NCBI GenBank assembly: GCA_036788695.1
Contig: DAIQMY010000001.1
Coordinates: 236,134-300,133, forward strand
DNA length: 64,000 nucleotides
DNA from: Candidatus Levyibacteriota bacterium
GTDB lineage: Bacteria > Patescibacteriota > Microgenomatia > Levybacterales > GWA1-39-11
Direction: 5' to 3'
The notes under the pieces are model-generated. The model did no database searches and was not told where the DNA came from. It saw only the letters and a program-made list of their open reading frames with translations. Position numbers and translations under genes: made by a program. Below, piece after piece: positions 26,343-36,123 of this stretch (the first letter of the stretch is position 1; the number at the start of each line of letters is the position of its first letter).

Positions 26343-26406
26343 GGTGGAGAGTTACTTTATCATATGAGCATGTATTGTTTCAATTGCATTTTGTTTACAA
26401 ACTCAT

Positions 26407-27729
26407 TTATTGAGAGTCAACTAGTTTATATCCGCGCGTTTTAACAGTTATTATTTCTTCTTTTGCGTTTTGGGATTTAAGTTTATTTCGCAGTCTTGCA
26501 ACCAATCTATCTATAGCCCAGTCAGATACGCCAAAGGTTTCTGCCTCCGGCCAAACACGTTCTATTATTTTTTCTCTCTCACACACCTCATTCATGTTCT
26601 GTTTTAGAAATGTGAGTAGGAGATGTTCCTTTTTACTTAGCTCAAGAATTTGCCCATCTTTTTTATTTGATTGTATCTTTTCATGTAAAAAACGTTCAAA
26701 CAGCGGACTAAAAACAGTCGTATCATGTATGATAAGACCGGTTTTAAACAAATACTCACCCTTAAGCGGCATCTGCTTATTTCCCTTTACTATATCTTTT
26801 AGAACTTGTCTTTCCTCGTCGCTAAGGCTTTCCCAAAGCTCTTCGGATTGCAAGGCTATTCTTTCGTCTTGAAAAAGAAAATCAAAAAGTGTATCTGTTC
26901 TTACGCTCTCTTTTTCCTCATGTAGTGCAATAAGGGCATATTGGAGATATTGGTTATACCCATCAACCAGTCGTAAAAGTTCGGGTTCTAGGTTCACAGA
27001 CCCTTTTAGTGGGTATTGTTCTATAGTTTTCTCAAAAATAATTTTAACGTCTGATGCCTTTGCTGGTTTTACATAGAGCGTGTCAGCAAATACAGAAAGC
27101 GCTTGCTTTGTAAATACACTTGATGAGTGGGCATCTAGCGGTCGTACGCTTGTAAATACAAACGACAGCTTGTTTTGAGTCGCATCTATAAGTCCTTGAA
27201 AATTTGCGAAGAACGAGTGAGTTGCTACATCAATTATCCTATCAAAACGGATAAAAAATATTGTGGGATTGAACCCTGCTTCACATAGATAAAGAAGGCT
27301 TTTTCTTACACCATCTATTGTTAGAAATAAATCTTGGGTTTGGATGCTATCTAAAAATAGTTGTGATATTTTCTTTTTAACATCTGGGTTGGAAACATTT
27401 TCTTCTACAAAATCCGCAATCCTTTTAAAGGTTAAAATCCAAAACGGGAATATCTCGCGTTCTACTAAATTGTTTAAATCTACGGGGATAAAAATATGCG
27501 TTTCGTCTCCTATGTATTTTTTTTTAATATCTTTGTGGTTTAAGAAAAAACGTAAGAAATTACTGATTCCAACACGCTTCATTCCTACAAGTACAACCGA
27601 TCGCCTATTCTTAAGAAGTAGTCCAAGTTTTTCTGAGTCAGACGACCTAAATTCAATCGGGTAAGATTTTTCAATAATGAAGGTTTTCATGTTGGTATTG
27701 TACAGCTTTAAGGTAATCTTATCAAACAT
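26407..27729 (-). CDS. Transcriptional regulator: N-terminal degenerate P-loop NTPase-like domain + C-terminal OmpR/PhoB-type winged helix
   Basis: The C-terminus (ERVWPEAETFGVSDWAIDRLVARLRNKL...ITVKTRGYKLV) is a trans_reg_C wHTH. The N-terminal VVLVGMKRVGISNFL is Walker-A-like with Lys replaced by Ile, and FFIRFDRIID is a Walker-B-like hhhhD. Confidence 0.5.
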   Translation of the reverse strand: MFDKITLKLYNTNMKTFIIEKSYPIEFRSSDSEKLGLLLKNRRSVVLVGMKRVGISNFLRFFLNHKDIKKKYIGDETHIFIPVDLNNLVEREIFPFWILTFKRIADFVEENVSNPDVKKKISQLFLDSIQTQDLFLTIDGVRKSLLYLCEAGFNPTIFFIRFDRIIDVATHSFFANFQGLIDATQNKLSFVFTSVRPLDAHSSSVFTKQALSVFADTLYVKPAKASDVKIIFEKTIEQYPLKGSVNLEPELLRLVDGYNQYLQYALIALHEEKESVRTDTLFDFLFQDERIALQSEELWESLSDEERQVLKDIVKGNKQMPLKGEYLFKTGLIIHDTTVFSPLFERFLHEKIQSNKKDGQILELSKKEHLLLTFLKQNMNEVCEREKIIERVWPEAETFGVSDWAIDRLVARLRNKLKSQNAKEEIITVKTRGYKLVDSQ

Positions 27730-27806
27730 ATTTGTGTCAGGTTTGTGTCTGGAAAATAGTATTATAGAGTCAAGCTAAAGTAGAAGGCATACTGTAATAT
27801 GCAAAT

Positions 27807-27965
27807 ATGGCAAATGTGGAAACTAGTAGAAAGACATTACCGGTGTATGATGCCAGGAAATTTTCTCCCGACAAGGATCAAATAGTGGCAAGACTTGTGG
27901 GTCCTGAGTCAGAAGTTTTTGGCAAGCAGCCTGTGGTTATATATAAAAGAGAGGAGGTAAGAAAA
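27807..27965 (+). CDS. Small ORF (52 aa), hypothetical
   Basis: MANVETSRKTLPVYDARKFSPDKDQIVARLVGPESEVFGKQPVVIYKREEVRK. It is too short to appear in the ORF track (<60 aa), and its end contains the SD of the next small ORF. Confidence 0.15.
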
Positions 27966-27969
27966 TAAT

Positions 27970-28152
27970 ATGGCAAGACTTATCGAAGGACAACCCATGA
28001 AAGGTAGAGTAGTTGGGGAGCCTAAGGGGATTAGTCAAAGAGCAAGTTTAAAGCGTTCTGAGGAGAATCAGCAGGGTAGTTTATGTACTCCAATTTTCCC
28101 TGATCAGACGGTTGCACGACGTCAATGGCCAAGACCTTCAAAAACAAAATAA
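27970..28152 (+). CDS. Small ORF (60 aa), hypothetical
   Basis: Has an AGGAGGT SD upstream. It overlaps the 3' end of the convergent CAP-domain gene by ~30 nt. Confidence 0.2.
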   Translation: MARLIEGQPMKGRVVGEPKGISQRASLKRSEENQQGSLCTPIFPDQTVARRQWPRPSKTK

Positions 28153-28775
28153 TTTCCTGATATTCCAATGCATGCGAACTGGGTATTTTTTCTCATATTT
28201 TCAGCATGCATTGCTGAGTTAATCCATTGTGGTATTACCTCCATAGGGTTTGAATTAAAGGCAATATTTTCGGTGACAATGCTATAAGTAGTATAAGGAA
28301 GGGTGTGATTTGCTATCCTATTTGTGAATCCTTCATGAGTAAAATTTGTAGTAATTTCGCCTGCACGAATTTGGGCAAATGAACATGTCTCAGGAGTTGA
28401 AGATACCACAAAAAGCCCATTTGCCTTTCTGTAGTCATTCACTTGTTCAAGTAAATATTCAGACATTGATTGCTGTTGAGGAGCTTCTTTTACAGGAGTT
28501 ACCACAACAGTGAGAACTTGAATTTTTACAGGTGTTTGTGTAGGTGGACTTATAATAGGTGCTGAAATAGGAGTAGGTGTATCAGTTTTTGTCGGAGTAC
28601 TGGTACTCATTTTTGCCGCGACAGCCGGTGCAGCCTCTACGGGTAATGAATTTAGATAAAAGACAGTAGTGTAAATGCTAAAGGAGAGTACAATAAAAAA
28701 AGTCAAAATGAACAGAAAAATTCTTGCCCTGTGCATGAGATGTACACTGTACGAAATATAGAATTTAATTGTCAA
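28122..28775 (-). CDS. CAP/SCP (YkwD-like) domain protein with N-terminal TM anchor and P/T-rich linker
   Basis: Has a TM (IFLFILTFFIVLSFSIY) and a PT-rich linker. The CAP-like blocks are LLEQVNDYRKANGL and WINSAMHAENM...ACIG. The likely start is the MHRARIF Met (~28736). Confidence 0.5.
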   Translation of the reverse strand: MTIKFYISYSVHLMHRARIFLFILTFFIVLSFSIYTTVFYLNSLPVEAAPAVAAKMSTSTPTKTDTPTPISAPIISPPTQTPVKIQVLTVVVTPVKEAPQQQSMSEYLLEQVNDYRKANGLFVVSSTPETCSFAQIRAGEITTNFTHEGFTNRIANHTLPYTTYSIVTENIAFNSNPMEVIPQWINSAMHAENMRKNTQFACIGISGNYFVFEGLGH

Positions 28776-28837
28776 ATATTTACTTAGCTTTCATATTATG
28801 TGTTTATGCTTATAATTCAACAATAGTTAACACTTAT

Positions 28838-29107
28838 TTATTCTAATGTTCTTAGGAATTTAAGAATAGATTTCCCTCGTTGAGTTAAAGAGTGTCTAAC
28901 GCTCGTTTTATGAGCCTGCTTCTTTATAAGACCTGATATGGTTAGTTTCCTTACGTGTTCGCTCGTTGTTTTGTAGTTAACTTTTATTTTAAAAGAAATT
29001 TCTTCCAGTGAGATATATGGAAAGGCTTCCAAAATTTCTAGAATTTCAATTCTTGTGTGATTGGAAAAGCCTTTAATGATAGCTTCTGCAGTATACGAAG
29101 AAAGCAT
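28838..29107 (-). CDS. ArsR/SmtB-family winged-HTH transcriptional regulator
   Basis: HTRIEILEIL...ISLEEISFKIKVNYKTTSEHVRKLTISGLI is an ArsR-type HTH pattern, at 89 aa. Confidence 0.55.
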   Translation of the reverse strand: MLSSYTAEAIIKGFSNHTRIEILEILEAFPYISLEEISFKIKVNYKTTSEHVRKLTISGLIKKQAHKTSVRHSLTQRGKSILKFLRTLE

Positions 29108-29138
29108 ATTCTATTATTCTCAAGAATAAGCATCTGAG

Positions 29139-30065
29139 TCAAGGCGTAAGTTTTACCATCGAGTTTTTAATGATGATAAACCCTTCTTCTTCAAGCTGTG
29201 TTATGGCCATCTTGAAGTATTCGGAATTGGTAAATTGCCTCTCAAGTTCTTGCAATGGAACAACGTTAGTCGCAAGAAGAATTTTTATGATTGCGCCTCG
29301 TATTTGACGCCTTGAACCCTCAAATACAGTTTGTTTTAAGTAGTGCTTACTTTTATGATTAGGATTAATGGTAACTTTTCTTAGGTATACTCCGTAATCC
29401 ATTAACGCATAGTACCATTCTCTCGGGTTATTGTAGTCAAGTGTTCTCTTGATAACTGTAAGGATATCTTCATCAGGAATTTTTTCTTGTTCCATAAAAA
29501 ATGTATGGATAAAAACACGTCTTATATTTGTTTCTATAAAAACAAATGGCTTATTCGTTGAAAAAACATATATCGCTCCTGCGGTATTAACACCGATACC
29601 AGAGAATGTTTTTAGAACTTTGGGATCAAGAGGTAGCTTTCCTAGATAGCTATGATTTGTAATTTCCGCTATTTTCTTAAGGTATAGCGCACGTCTGTTA
29701 TACCCAAGTCCGCTCCAGACCCTCAACACATTCTCGTAAGTAGCATGTTCAAGGTCAGAAAGAGTAGGAAATTTATCAAGAAATTCTTTATATTTCGGTA
29801 ACACTCTTTCTGTTTGAGTTTGCTGTAGCATAACCTCGGATACAAGAATATGGTAAGGATTTATTGTTTTTCTCCAGGGAAATACCCTTTTATGCTTAGC
29901 GTAGAAATGCCAAATCTGTTTTTTAAAAATTGATTCTTTCACGCGGATAGTATACGAAAGGTTATTTTTGTGTGGTTTTTTCTTTATAAAACCATTGGTA
30001 ATATACCACTGGAATAAAGAATAGCATGATTGTTCCAGAGAAAACGAGACCTGCAATAATAGCAC
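29139..30065 (-). CDS. mutY: MutY-family adenine DNA glycosylase lacking the Fe-S cluster cysteines
   Basis: VFPWRKTINPYHILVSEVMLQQTQ and VWSGLGYNRRA are MutY signatures within an HhH-GPD domain. There are no Cys anywhere after the catalytic domain. The ATG start overlaps the upstream RND gene by ~100 nt, and an in-frame GTG about 41 codons later (~29942) is an alternative start. Confidence 0.7.
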   Translation of the reverse strand: MLLLQVSFSLEQSCYSLFQWYITNGFIKKKPHKNNLSYTIRVKESIFKKQIWHFYAKHKRVFPWRKTINPYHILVSEVMLQQTQTERVLPKYKEFLDKFPTLSDLEHATYENVLRVWSGLGYNRRALYLKKIAEITNHSYLGKLPLDPKVLKTFSGIGVNTAGAIYVFSTNKPFVFIETNIRRVFIHTFFMEQEKIPDEDILTVIKRTLDYNNPREWYYALMDYGVYLRKVTINPNHKSKHYLKQTVFEGSRRQIRGAIIKILLATNVVPLQELERQFTNSEYFKMAITQLEEEGFIIIKNSMVKLTP

Positions 30066-33000
30066 CCCCTAGGCCCCTCCACAATGGGTCAGAAAGGGTT
30101 ATTGGAATAAGACCCATAATGGTCGCAAACGTTGTTAGCGTAATCGGTTCAAGCCTGCTTCCTGTGGCATCAGCGATACTTTTGATGAAGGGCATATTGT
30201 GTTTTTCATTGGCGGTTATCTTGTCAACTATAAGTATAGAGTTTTTTACGACAATTCCAAATAAAGCCAGCACCCCAATGAGTGCAGGGAATGAGAGTGG
30301 GGTAGAAGAAACTGCAAAGAGAATAAATACACCTGAAATTGAAAGGGGAATAACTAACATAACAATTACCGCCTTCCTAAAGGATGAGAATTGAATAACC
30401 ATTGTTGCGAGAATAAGCGTAAAGGAAAGTAGCATGGCGCTAAGAATTGAATTGATTGAGTTTTGATTTTCTTCATTTACTCCGCCTGTTTTCCAGGTAT
30501 ATCCAGATGGAAGATTAAGCTTTGAATTGGCAAATTTCTCAAGTTTTGCGTTTATTTCAGAGCTTGTTGCCCCCCCGCGCACACCGGCACTTATAGAAAT
30601 AGTTCGTTCACCGTCTTCACGTGTAATTTGAGTTGGATTTGGTTTCAACTCTAGTATTCCAAGTGAGGTTAGAGGTACATTCCCTTTTTGAGTTGGAATA
30701 GTAAGATTATAAATGTCTTCTATTCGTTGCTCACCCGTTCCAAGTCTTAGTGTAATATCAGTTTCTTCAGAAAAGTCTCCTGTTATTTTTGCACTATCCA
30801 ACTTTAATCCTGACGCGAATGTTCTAAGCCATCCAGCTATTGTTTCAGCCCCAATATTATGTGTAGTCATAATTTCCTTTTGCGGCGTGAATACAATTTT
30901 TGAGGTGCCTTCCTTAATGGATTTTTTTGGCTCTACTATTCCATTTTGATTTTTAAGGTATGAAATTACTTGATCAGCATAACGGTCAAGTACGGACAGG
31001 TCTTCACCAAGAAGTTTTATTTGAATATCTGCTCCTGCTGGGGGTCCACCACTTACTTCAGTTACCGTTATTACTCCCTTTGAATAGTTCTTAAGATCTT
31101 GTCTTAGATTTTCTGCAAGTTGTATTGAATCACGACTTCTTTCTGAACGTTCTGGTAGTGTTATTGAGAATAAGACATTATTTGTTCCAGTACTGGTAGC
31201 GCCTCCCATGTCTGAAAATCCCTGACCTATATCTGATGTTATATAGAGTATATCAGGGGTGGTTCTTAATCTATTGAGAATAGAAATTGCTTCTTTTTCA
31301 GTAACTTGAATGTTTGTTCCGACTGGAAGCTCAAGAGATACATATACATTTTTTTGATCGCTTGGTGGAAAAAATTCATTTTTTACAAATCCGAGCGGAA
31401 GCAATAAATAGGAAAACAGTGAAAAAATGACAACCATTATAATAACATTTCGCCTGTTGCTCTTACTCGATAAAATACGTTCTAGAATTCGCTCATATTG
31501 AACTCCTATTCTCTCAAAACTAATAAATCCATTATCTATATAAGAAGGAATACGTGCCAAAAGCGGATTCTTACGATTTGCTGTCTTTAGATATATTTTT
31601 GTTTTCGTGAAGAGTATACGCCATACAATGATTGTGATAAATAGTGTTACTATGAGAGCAAGGACAGAAAAGATTAAAAATATGCCTTTTGGAGCAACAA
31701 AAAAGAACAGAATTAATAGTCCGATAAGTAAAAGTATTTGAAGTAGTATGGATACTCTGCGAGGAATTTGGGGTTTGAGTAGAATTACCATAAATGGTAA
31801 TGTCATAAACATCGCGACAAAAAAGGAGGCAATGAGCGTGCTTGAAACTACAATTGGTATAGATTTAATAAATTCTCCAATAATGCCTGATGCCAGAAGG
31901 AGAGGGACAAATGCCCAGACTGTCGTAAGCGTTGTGGTTAAGATTGCGACAATAAAATCTTTCCAAACAAGAATTCCAGTCTCAAGTGCTGTAAATTTCC
32001 CCGATCTAAAGTAGGAACTCATCGCAGAGATAACAACGATTGCGTCATCAACTAAAAGACCTAGAGACAGCAATAATGAGAACATGGATAAAAAATTTAA
32101 AGAAATTCCTGTAACACGCATTACGGTAAAGGTTATAAGAAAAGTGAGCGGAACAGCAAAAAATGAAACTATTGCAGGTCGTGCACCTAAAAAGATAAAT
32201 AGTACAGCAAAAACTAAAACAATCGTTAGCGTAAAATCACGAACAAGGTGGCTAAATTGTTCATCAATTTGTTCGCCAGTATTTTGAATACTCCTTACAT
32301 AGAAGGCATTTTTATGTGGCTCAATGCTTGTTTCCACCAATTTTTCTGCATCGAAAACAGCTTTATCTATATTTGAGCCGGAGGTTTTATATACATCAAA
32401 TACAATTGCTTTTGTTGCAGTTTGTGTGCGAGAGGCAAAGTATGTAGAGGGAGAATTTGGTTTTGAGCGTTCTGAAATGGATGCAATTGATGACAAGGGT
32501 ACAATCTCTCCATTAATATTAAGCGTCAAATTTCTGACATCTTCGATGGTAGAAATAGAAGGATCAATTGCGAGACTAAAGGAAGAATTTTCTGTTCTGA
32601 TTGTCCCTGAAGGAAATGCCGAAAGCGAATTTTTAACAAGCTGAGACAGCGAGAAAGGATTCAGCTGGTATGCATTCGCGGCATTTACATCCATGATAAT
32701 ACTTATTTCTTGTGTCTCAAGACCCCCAGTTCTTACGTGGTCAATTGATGGTAATTCCTCAAGTTTATCCTTAATCGTTTTTGAGAACCTTGCAATACTT
32801 GCATAGTCCCCGCTTCCAATAAGCGCGAATGTCCATACTGGTTGATTTTCAAAATCTACCTTTTGAATCTGAGGTTCAAATGCGTCTTCTGGAAGTGTGA
32901 CTGTATCAACTACCCCTTGTATATCAGTTTTTGCCTTTTCTGGGTCAACTGATGAATTAAATTCTATTTGAATAACGGAAGAGTTATCCTGAGATGTTGA

Positions 33001-33297
33001 GGTGACTGTGGTAACCTTTTCAATTGATCTGACGGCATTTTCAAGAGGAATAGTAATGAGAGATTCTACATCTTCTGGTCCTGCACCAGGGAGAACTGTT
33101 GCAACTATCACTAATGGAATTTTTACCTCTGGATTAAGGCGTCTTGGAAGACTTAAGTATGAAACTGCCCCAATTCCAACTACTATAAGGAGAATAAGTA
33201 TGGACAGTCTTGGATTCCCAAGATATTTTGCAAACCAACTTTGCTTGAGTTTTGGGTCAAATTGTAATTTGTGAAGATAGGATACTGTTTTTTTCAT
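29962..33297 (-). CDS. RND-superfamily efflux transporter (AcrB/AcrD/AcrF-like)
   Basis: 1111 aa. The N-terminus (FAKYLGNPRLSILILLIVVGIGAVSYLSLPRRLNPEVKIPLVIVATVLPGAGPEDVESLITIPLENA) follows the RND pattern, with 12 predicted TMs and two large loops. Confidence 0.75.
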   Translation of the reverse strand: MKKTVSYLHKLQFDPKLKQSWFAKYLGNPRLSILILLIVVGIGAVSYLSLPRRLNPEVKIPLVIVATVLPGAGPEDVESLITIPLENAVRSIEKVTTVTSTSQDNSSVIQIEFNSSVDPEKAKTDIQGVVDTVTLPEDAFEPQIQKVDFENQPVWTFALIGSGDYASIARFSKTIKDKLEELPSIDHVRTGGLETQEISIIMDVNAANAYQLNPFSLSQLVKNSLSAFPSGTIRTENSSFSLAIDPSISTIEDVRNLTLNINGEIVPLSSIASISERSKPNSPSTYFASRTQTATKAIVFDVYKTSGSNIDKAVFDAEKLVETSIEPHKNAFYVRSIQNTGEQIDEQFSHLVRDFTLTIVLVFAVLFIFLGARPAIVSFFAVPLTFLITFTVMRVTGISLNFLSMFSLLLSLGLLVDDAIVVISAMSSYFRSGKFTALETGILVWKDFIVAILTTTLTTVWAFVPLLLASGIIGEFIKSIPIVVSSTLIASFFVAMFMTLPFMVILLKPQIPRRVSILLQILLLIGLLILFFFVAPKGIFLIFSVLALIVTLFITIIVWRILFTKTKIYLKTANRKNPLLARIPSYIDNGFISFERIGVQYERILERILSSKSNRRNVIIMVVIFSLFSYLLLPLGFVKNEFFPPSDQKNVYVSLELPVGTNIQVTEKEAISILNRLRTTPDILYITSDIGQGFSDMGGATSTGTNNVLFSITLPERSERSRDSIQLAENLRQDLKNYSKGVITVTEVSGGPPAGADIQIKLLGEDLSVLDRYADQVISYLKNQNGIVEPKKSIKEGTSKIVFTPQKEIMTTHNIGAETIAGWLRTFASGLKLDSAKITGDFSEETDITLRLGTGEQRIEDIYNLTIPTQKGNVPLTSLGILELKPNPTQITREDGERTISISAGVRGGATSSEINAKLEKFANSKLNLPSGYTWKTGGVNEENQNSINSILSAMLLSFTLILATMVIQFSSFRKAVIVMLVIPLSISGVFILFAVSSTPLSFPALIGVLALFGIVVKNSILIVDKITANEKHNMPFIKSIADATGSRLEPITLTTFATIMGLIPITLSDPLWRGLGGAIIAGLVFSGTIMLFFIPVVYYQWFYKEKTTQK

Positions 33298-33308
33298 TAC
33301 ACATATAA

Positions 33309-34826
33309 TTACTTGTCTATTTCTATTTTTTCTCCTGAGACTACGTTTCGATTGAGAATTATTTTGTCCCCCTCTTGAATTCCTGATGATACTTCAACAT
33401 AGCTTCCGTATACAGCACCTAGTTTTATCGTTTTTGAGATCACCTTATTATTCTTCTCAACAAAAACATATGATGAATTTTGTGACTGAAAAACTGAATC
33501 TATTGGTATAAAAGGGACTGATGCTAGAGTGTCTGCGTACCCAATAGGTACCTCAACGGTAACATAGCTTTTATTTATTACTTTTGAGATATATTCAGGA
33601 GGTAAAGTGTAGAGAACACTATAAAGCAACGATTTTGTCGGTACGCCTGAGATATAAGAAGGTGTAAGCAGTACTTTTTTCCCATTTATGTGAATTGTGC
33701 TTGGTGTTGCTCTTGAAATATTTTCAGCAATTTCTTGAGGTACTAAAAGGCTTAATGTAGCCTTGGGATTATCGCTTGAAATTAACGCAATAACTGTTCC
33801 TGTGCTGACCGATTCTCCCGGGGAAACCATAATTCTTTCAACAGTTCCTTCAAATGGTGTTGCGGGGTGCATGAGCGCTGCAGTTACTAAGGCAATATTG
33901 TACTGTATTCTGGATGTTTCCTTTGAAAGCAGGAGAGCCTTTTCTTGTAAGTCAAGCTGTTTATACGAGATATCTTTTTGTATATTTACAAGTTGTGTAG
34001 GGGGGTTAGTCGTGTTTGTTGTATATTCAAGATTTTTAAGTGTACTTCTTAGCTGATTTACTCCTGCTTGGGCTTGAGCTTTTGCTTGTTGTGCGCCGAG
34101 TAACTGTTCCGGTGTTGCGCCACTTTGTTCAAGCGTTTCAAGTTGATCTGTTAACGTATTAAGGATTGTTTCATTTTGATCTAATAGCCCTTTTGTATTT
34201 GTTTTGGAGTCATCAGAAATTTTTCTAAGCTCTTCAGCATTATTATTTGTTTTTTCAGTAAGCTCTCTTTGCTTTCCAATGAGGTCTTTTTGTGTATCAA
34301 AGGTATCCTGAATGTTTTTATACTGCGCATTCGCTAATTGAGCTTGAAGGTTGGGTGTGCTACCTCCTTGATAGTTGGTTGAGAGAGATACGAGTGTTTG
34401 TCCGCTACTGAGATGTTGACCATCTGATACATAAACTTCTTGAACAATCCCTGGCATTTGAGCAACTATTTCTATAACACCCTCTTGTTTAACTTGTGCT
34501 TGAAGGGAAATTCTGGGGGATTCTCCAATGGAGTAAACCTCAACTTTTTTAACCAATTCCTTTACGTGCTCTGATTTCATCCCAAGTTTAGAGCTTATAT
34601 TCCCCAATATGATTATGAGTAGTAATACTCCAAGTGCTATAAAAAAACTAAGGAATGGGTGTTTTTGTGCACGGATTGAGAAATTTTTATATCCAGGTTT
34701 TGCCCTTTTCCTCACAGAAAAAAACATATCTTCTATTTTTTTTGATAGGATACCAAACAATCTCAAGCGGTTGATCGGGGCAGATCTTTTGGTGTTTGGC
34801 ATTTTTGCTAAATGCCTTTTTGCCAT
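33309..34826 (-). CDS. Efflux periplasmic adaptor (HlyD/MFP family) with long coiled coil
   Basis: An N-terminal TM, a ~150-aa Q/L-rich coiled coil, then beta-barrel-like segments. It sits immediately upstream of the RND gene. Confidence 0.65.
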   Translation of the reverse strand: MAKRHLAKMPNTKRSAPINRLRLFGILSKKIEDMFFSVRKRAKPGYKNFSIRAQKHPFLSFFIALGVLLLIIILGNISSKLGMKSEHVKELVKKVEVYSIGESPRISLQAQVKQEGVIEIVAQMPGIVQEVYVSDGQHLSSGQTLVSLSTNYQGGSTPNLQAQLANAQYKNIQDTFDTQKDLIGKQRELTEKTNNNAEELRKISDDSKTNTKGLLDQNETILNTLTDQLETLEQSGATPEQLLGAQQAKAQAQAGVNQLRSTLKNLEYTTNTTNPPTQLVNIQKDISYKQLDLQEKALLLSKETSRIQYNIALVTAALMHPATPFEGTVERIMVSPGESVSTGTVIALISSDNPKATLSLLVPQEIAENISRATPSTIHINGKKVLLTPSYISGVPTKSLLYSVLYTLPPEYISKVINKSYVTVEVPIGYADTLASVPFIPIDSVFQSQNSSYVFVEKNNKVISKTIKLGAVYGSYVEVSSGIQEGDKIILNRNVVSGEKIEIDK

Positions 34827-34909
34827 ATGTGCACGGTGAAGGATTGATTCTAGCAGAAAATGAGGTGCAAGCGCAAGAGTATATGTATTAGTATTTTTTT
34901 TGAGATGAT

Positions 34910-36121
34910 TTACTCGTAACGAAGAGCATCAATAGGAGATAGTTTTGCTGCTCGTCTTGCTGGGTATAATCCAAAAACTACCCCAACAAGAGTTGATACT
35001 CCAACAGCAATGAGTATAGCAGGTAGGCTTACAATAAATGGAATATGAAAAACTAAAGATGCAAGGAATGCTCCAGAAATACCCAAAATGATTCCAATTA
35101 AGCCACCTATAAGAGTCATTACGATTGCTTCAACTAGGAATTGTGTTAGTATATCCTTTTCTTTCGCGCCTATTGCCTTAAGAAGTCCTATTTCTTTTGT
35201 GCGTTCTGTTACTGATACAAGCATTATATTCATCACCCCTACTCCTCCAACAATGAGTGAAATACCAGATATACCGGAAATCATAAGCGCAAGTAAGCCA
35301 GTTATGGTTTGAACAGTATCTAGAATATCTTGTGCGCTTGCTATCCTAAAGTCATTTTCATCATTTTCATCCAGATTATGCCTATCACGCAGAAGTTGTT
35401 CAACATCATCTATTGTTTGATTAATGCTACTTTGATCATAAACGCTCACATCAATTTCTTGAATTTGTTCACGTCCCAAAATATCTTTGGTAACAAAGTC
35501 AATTGGAATAAAAAGTGAATTATTGATAAACCCTCCGGCAAGCGCGCTTGAAGATTCCATAACGCCTACAACACGAAAAGACTTATTTTTTATTTTAATT
35601 ATTTCACCTACTGGAGACGTGTCTTTGCCAAAAAATGTTTCTGCTGCATCAATGCCTATAACTGCGACTCTATCAGATGACGACACCTCATCAGGAGTGA
35701 TAAATTCTCCATCAGTTATATCAGGGCGTAATATGTTTTGGGATTCAGAAGTACTTCCATAAACTAATAGCTCTTTTTCTTCCCCATTTGCTGATATTGC
35801 AACGGAAGCCATAGCGATTGGTACAACCTCTTTTACATTTGTTAAAGAAGTATCTTCTCGGATTGCATCAACATCTTCCATGCTTAGCGCGTCTGATCCG
35901 GCAAAGGTGCTTACTTGACTTGATCCCGGATTGATTTGAAAATAATCAGTTCCAAATGACGCAAGTTCATTAGTTATGAAAGCGACTGCCCCTTGCCCAA
36001 CTGAATAGATAAGAATAACTGCAGTAATTCCTATTATTATCCCAAGCATGGTAAGAGAAGTTCTTAGTACGTTTCTTCGTAGTGATTGAAGTGCTGATTT
36101 TATTATTTCCTTGTATTCCAT
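34910..36121 (-). CDS. ABC transporter permease, MacB/FtsX family
   Basis: Has an N-terminal TM, a large extracytoplasmic domain and a C-terminal FtsX-like 3-TM bundle. The block LRRNVLRTSLTMLGIIIGITAVI is typical of the family. Confidence 0.75.
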   Translation of the reverse strand: MEYKEIIKSALQSLRRNVLRTSLTMLGIIIGITAVILIYSVGQGAVAFITNELASFGTDYFQINPGSSQVSTFAGSDALSMEDVDAIREDTSLTNVKEVVPIAMASVAISANGEEKELLVYGSTSESQNILRPDITDGEFITPDEVSSSDRVAVIGIDAAETFFGKDTSPVGEIIKIKNKSFRVVGVMESSSALAGGFINNSLFIPIDFVTKDILGREQIQEIDVSVYDQSSINQTIDDVEQLLRDRHNLDENDENDFRIASAQDILDTVQTITGLLALMISGISGISLIVGGVGVMNIMLVSVTERTKEIGLLKAIGAKEKDILTQFLVEAIVMTLIGGLIGIILGISGAFLASLVFHIPFIVSLPAILIAVGVSTLVGVVFGLYPARRAAKLSPIDALRYE

Positions 36122-36123
36122 AC

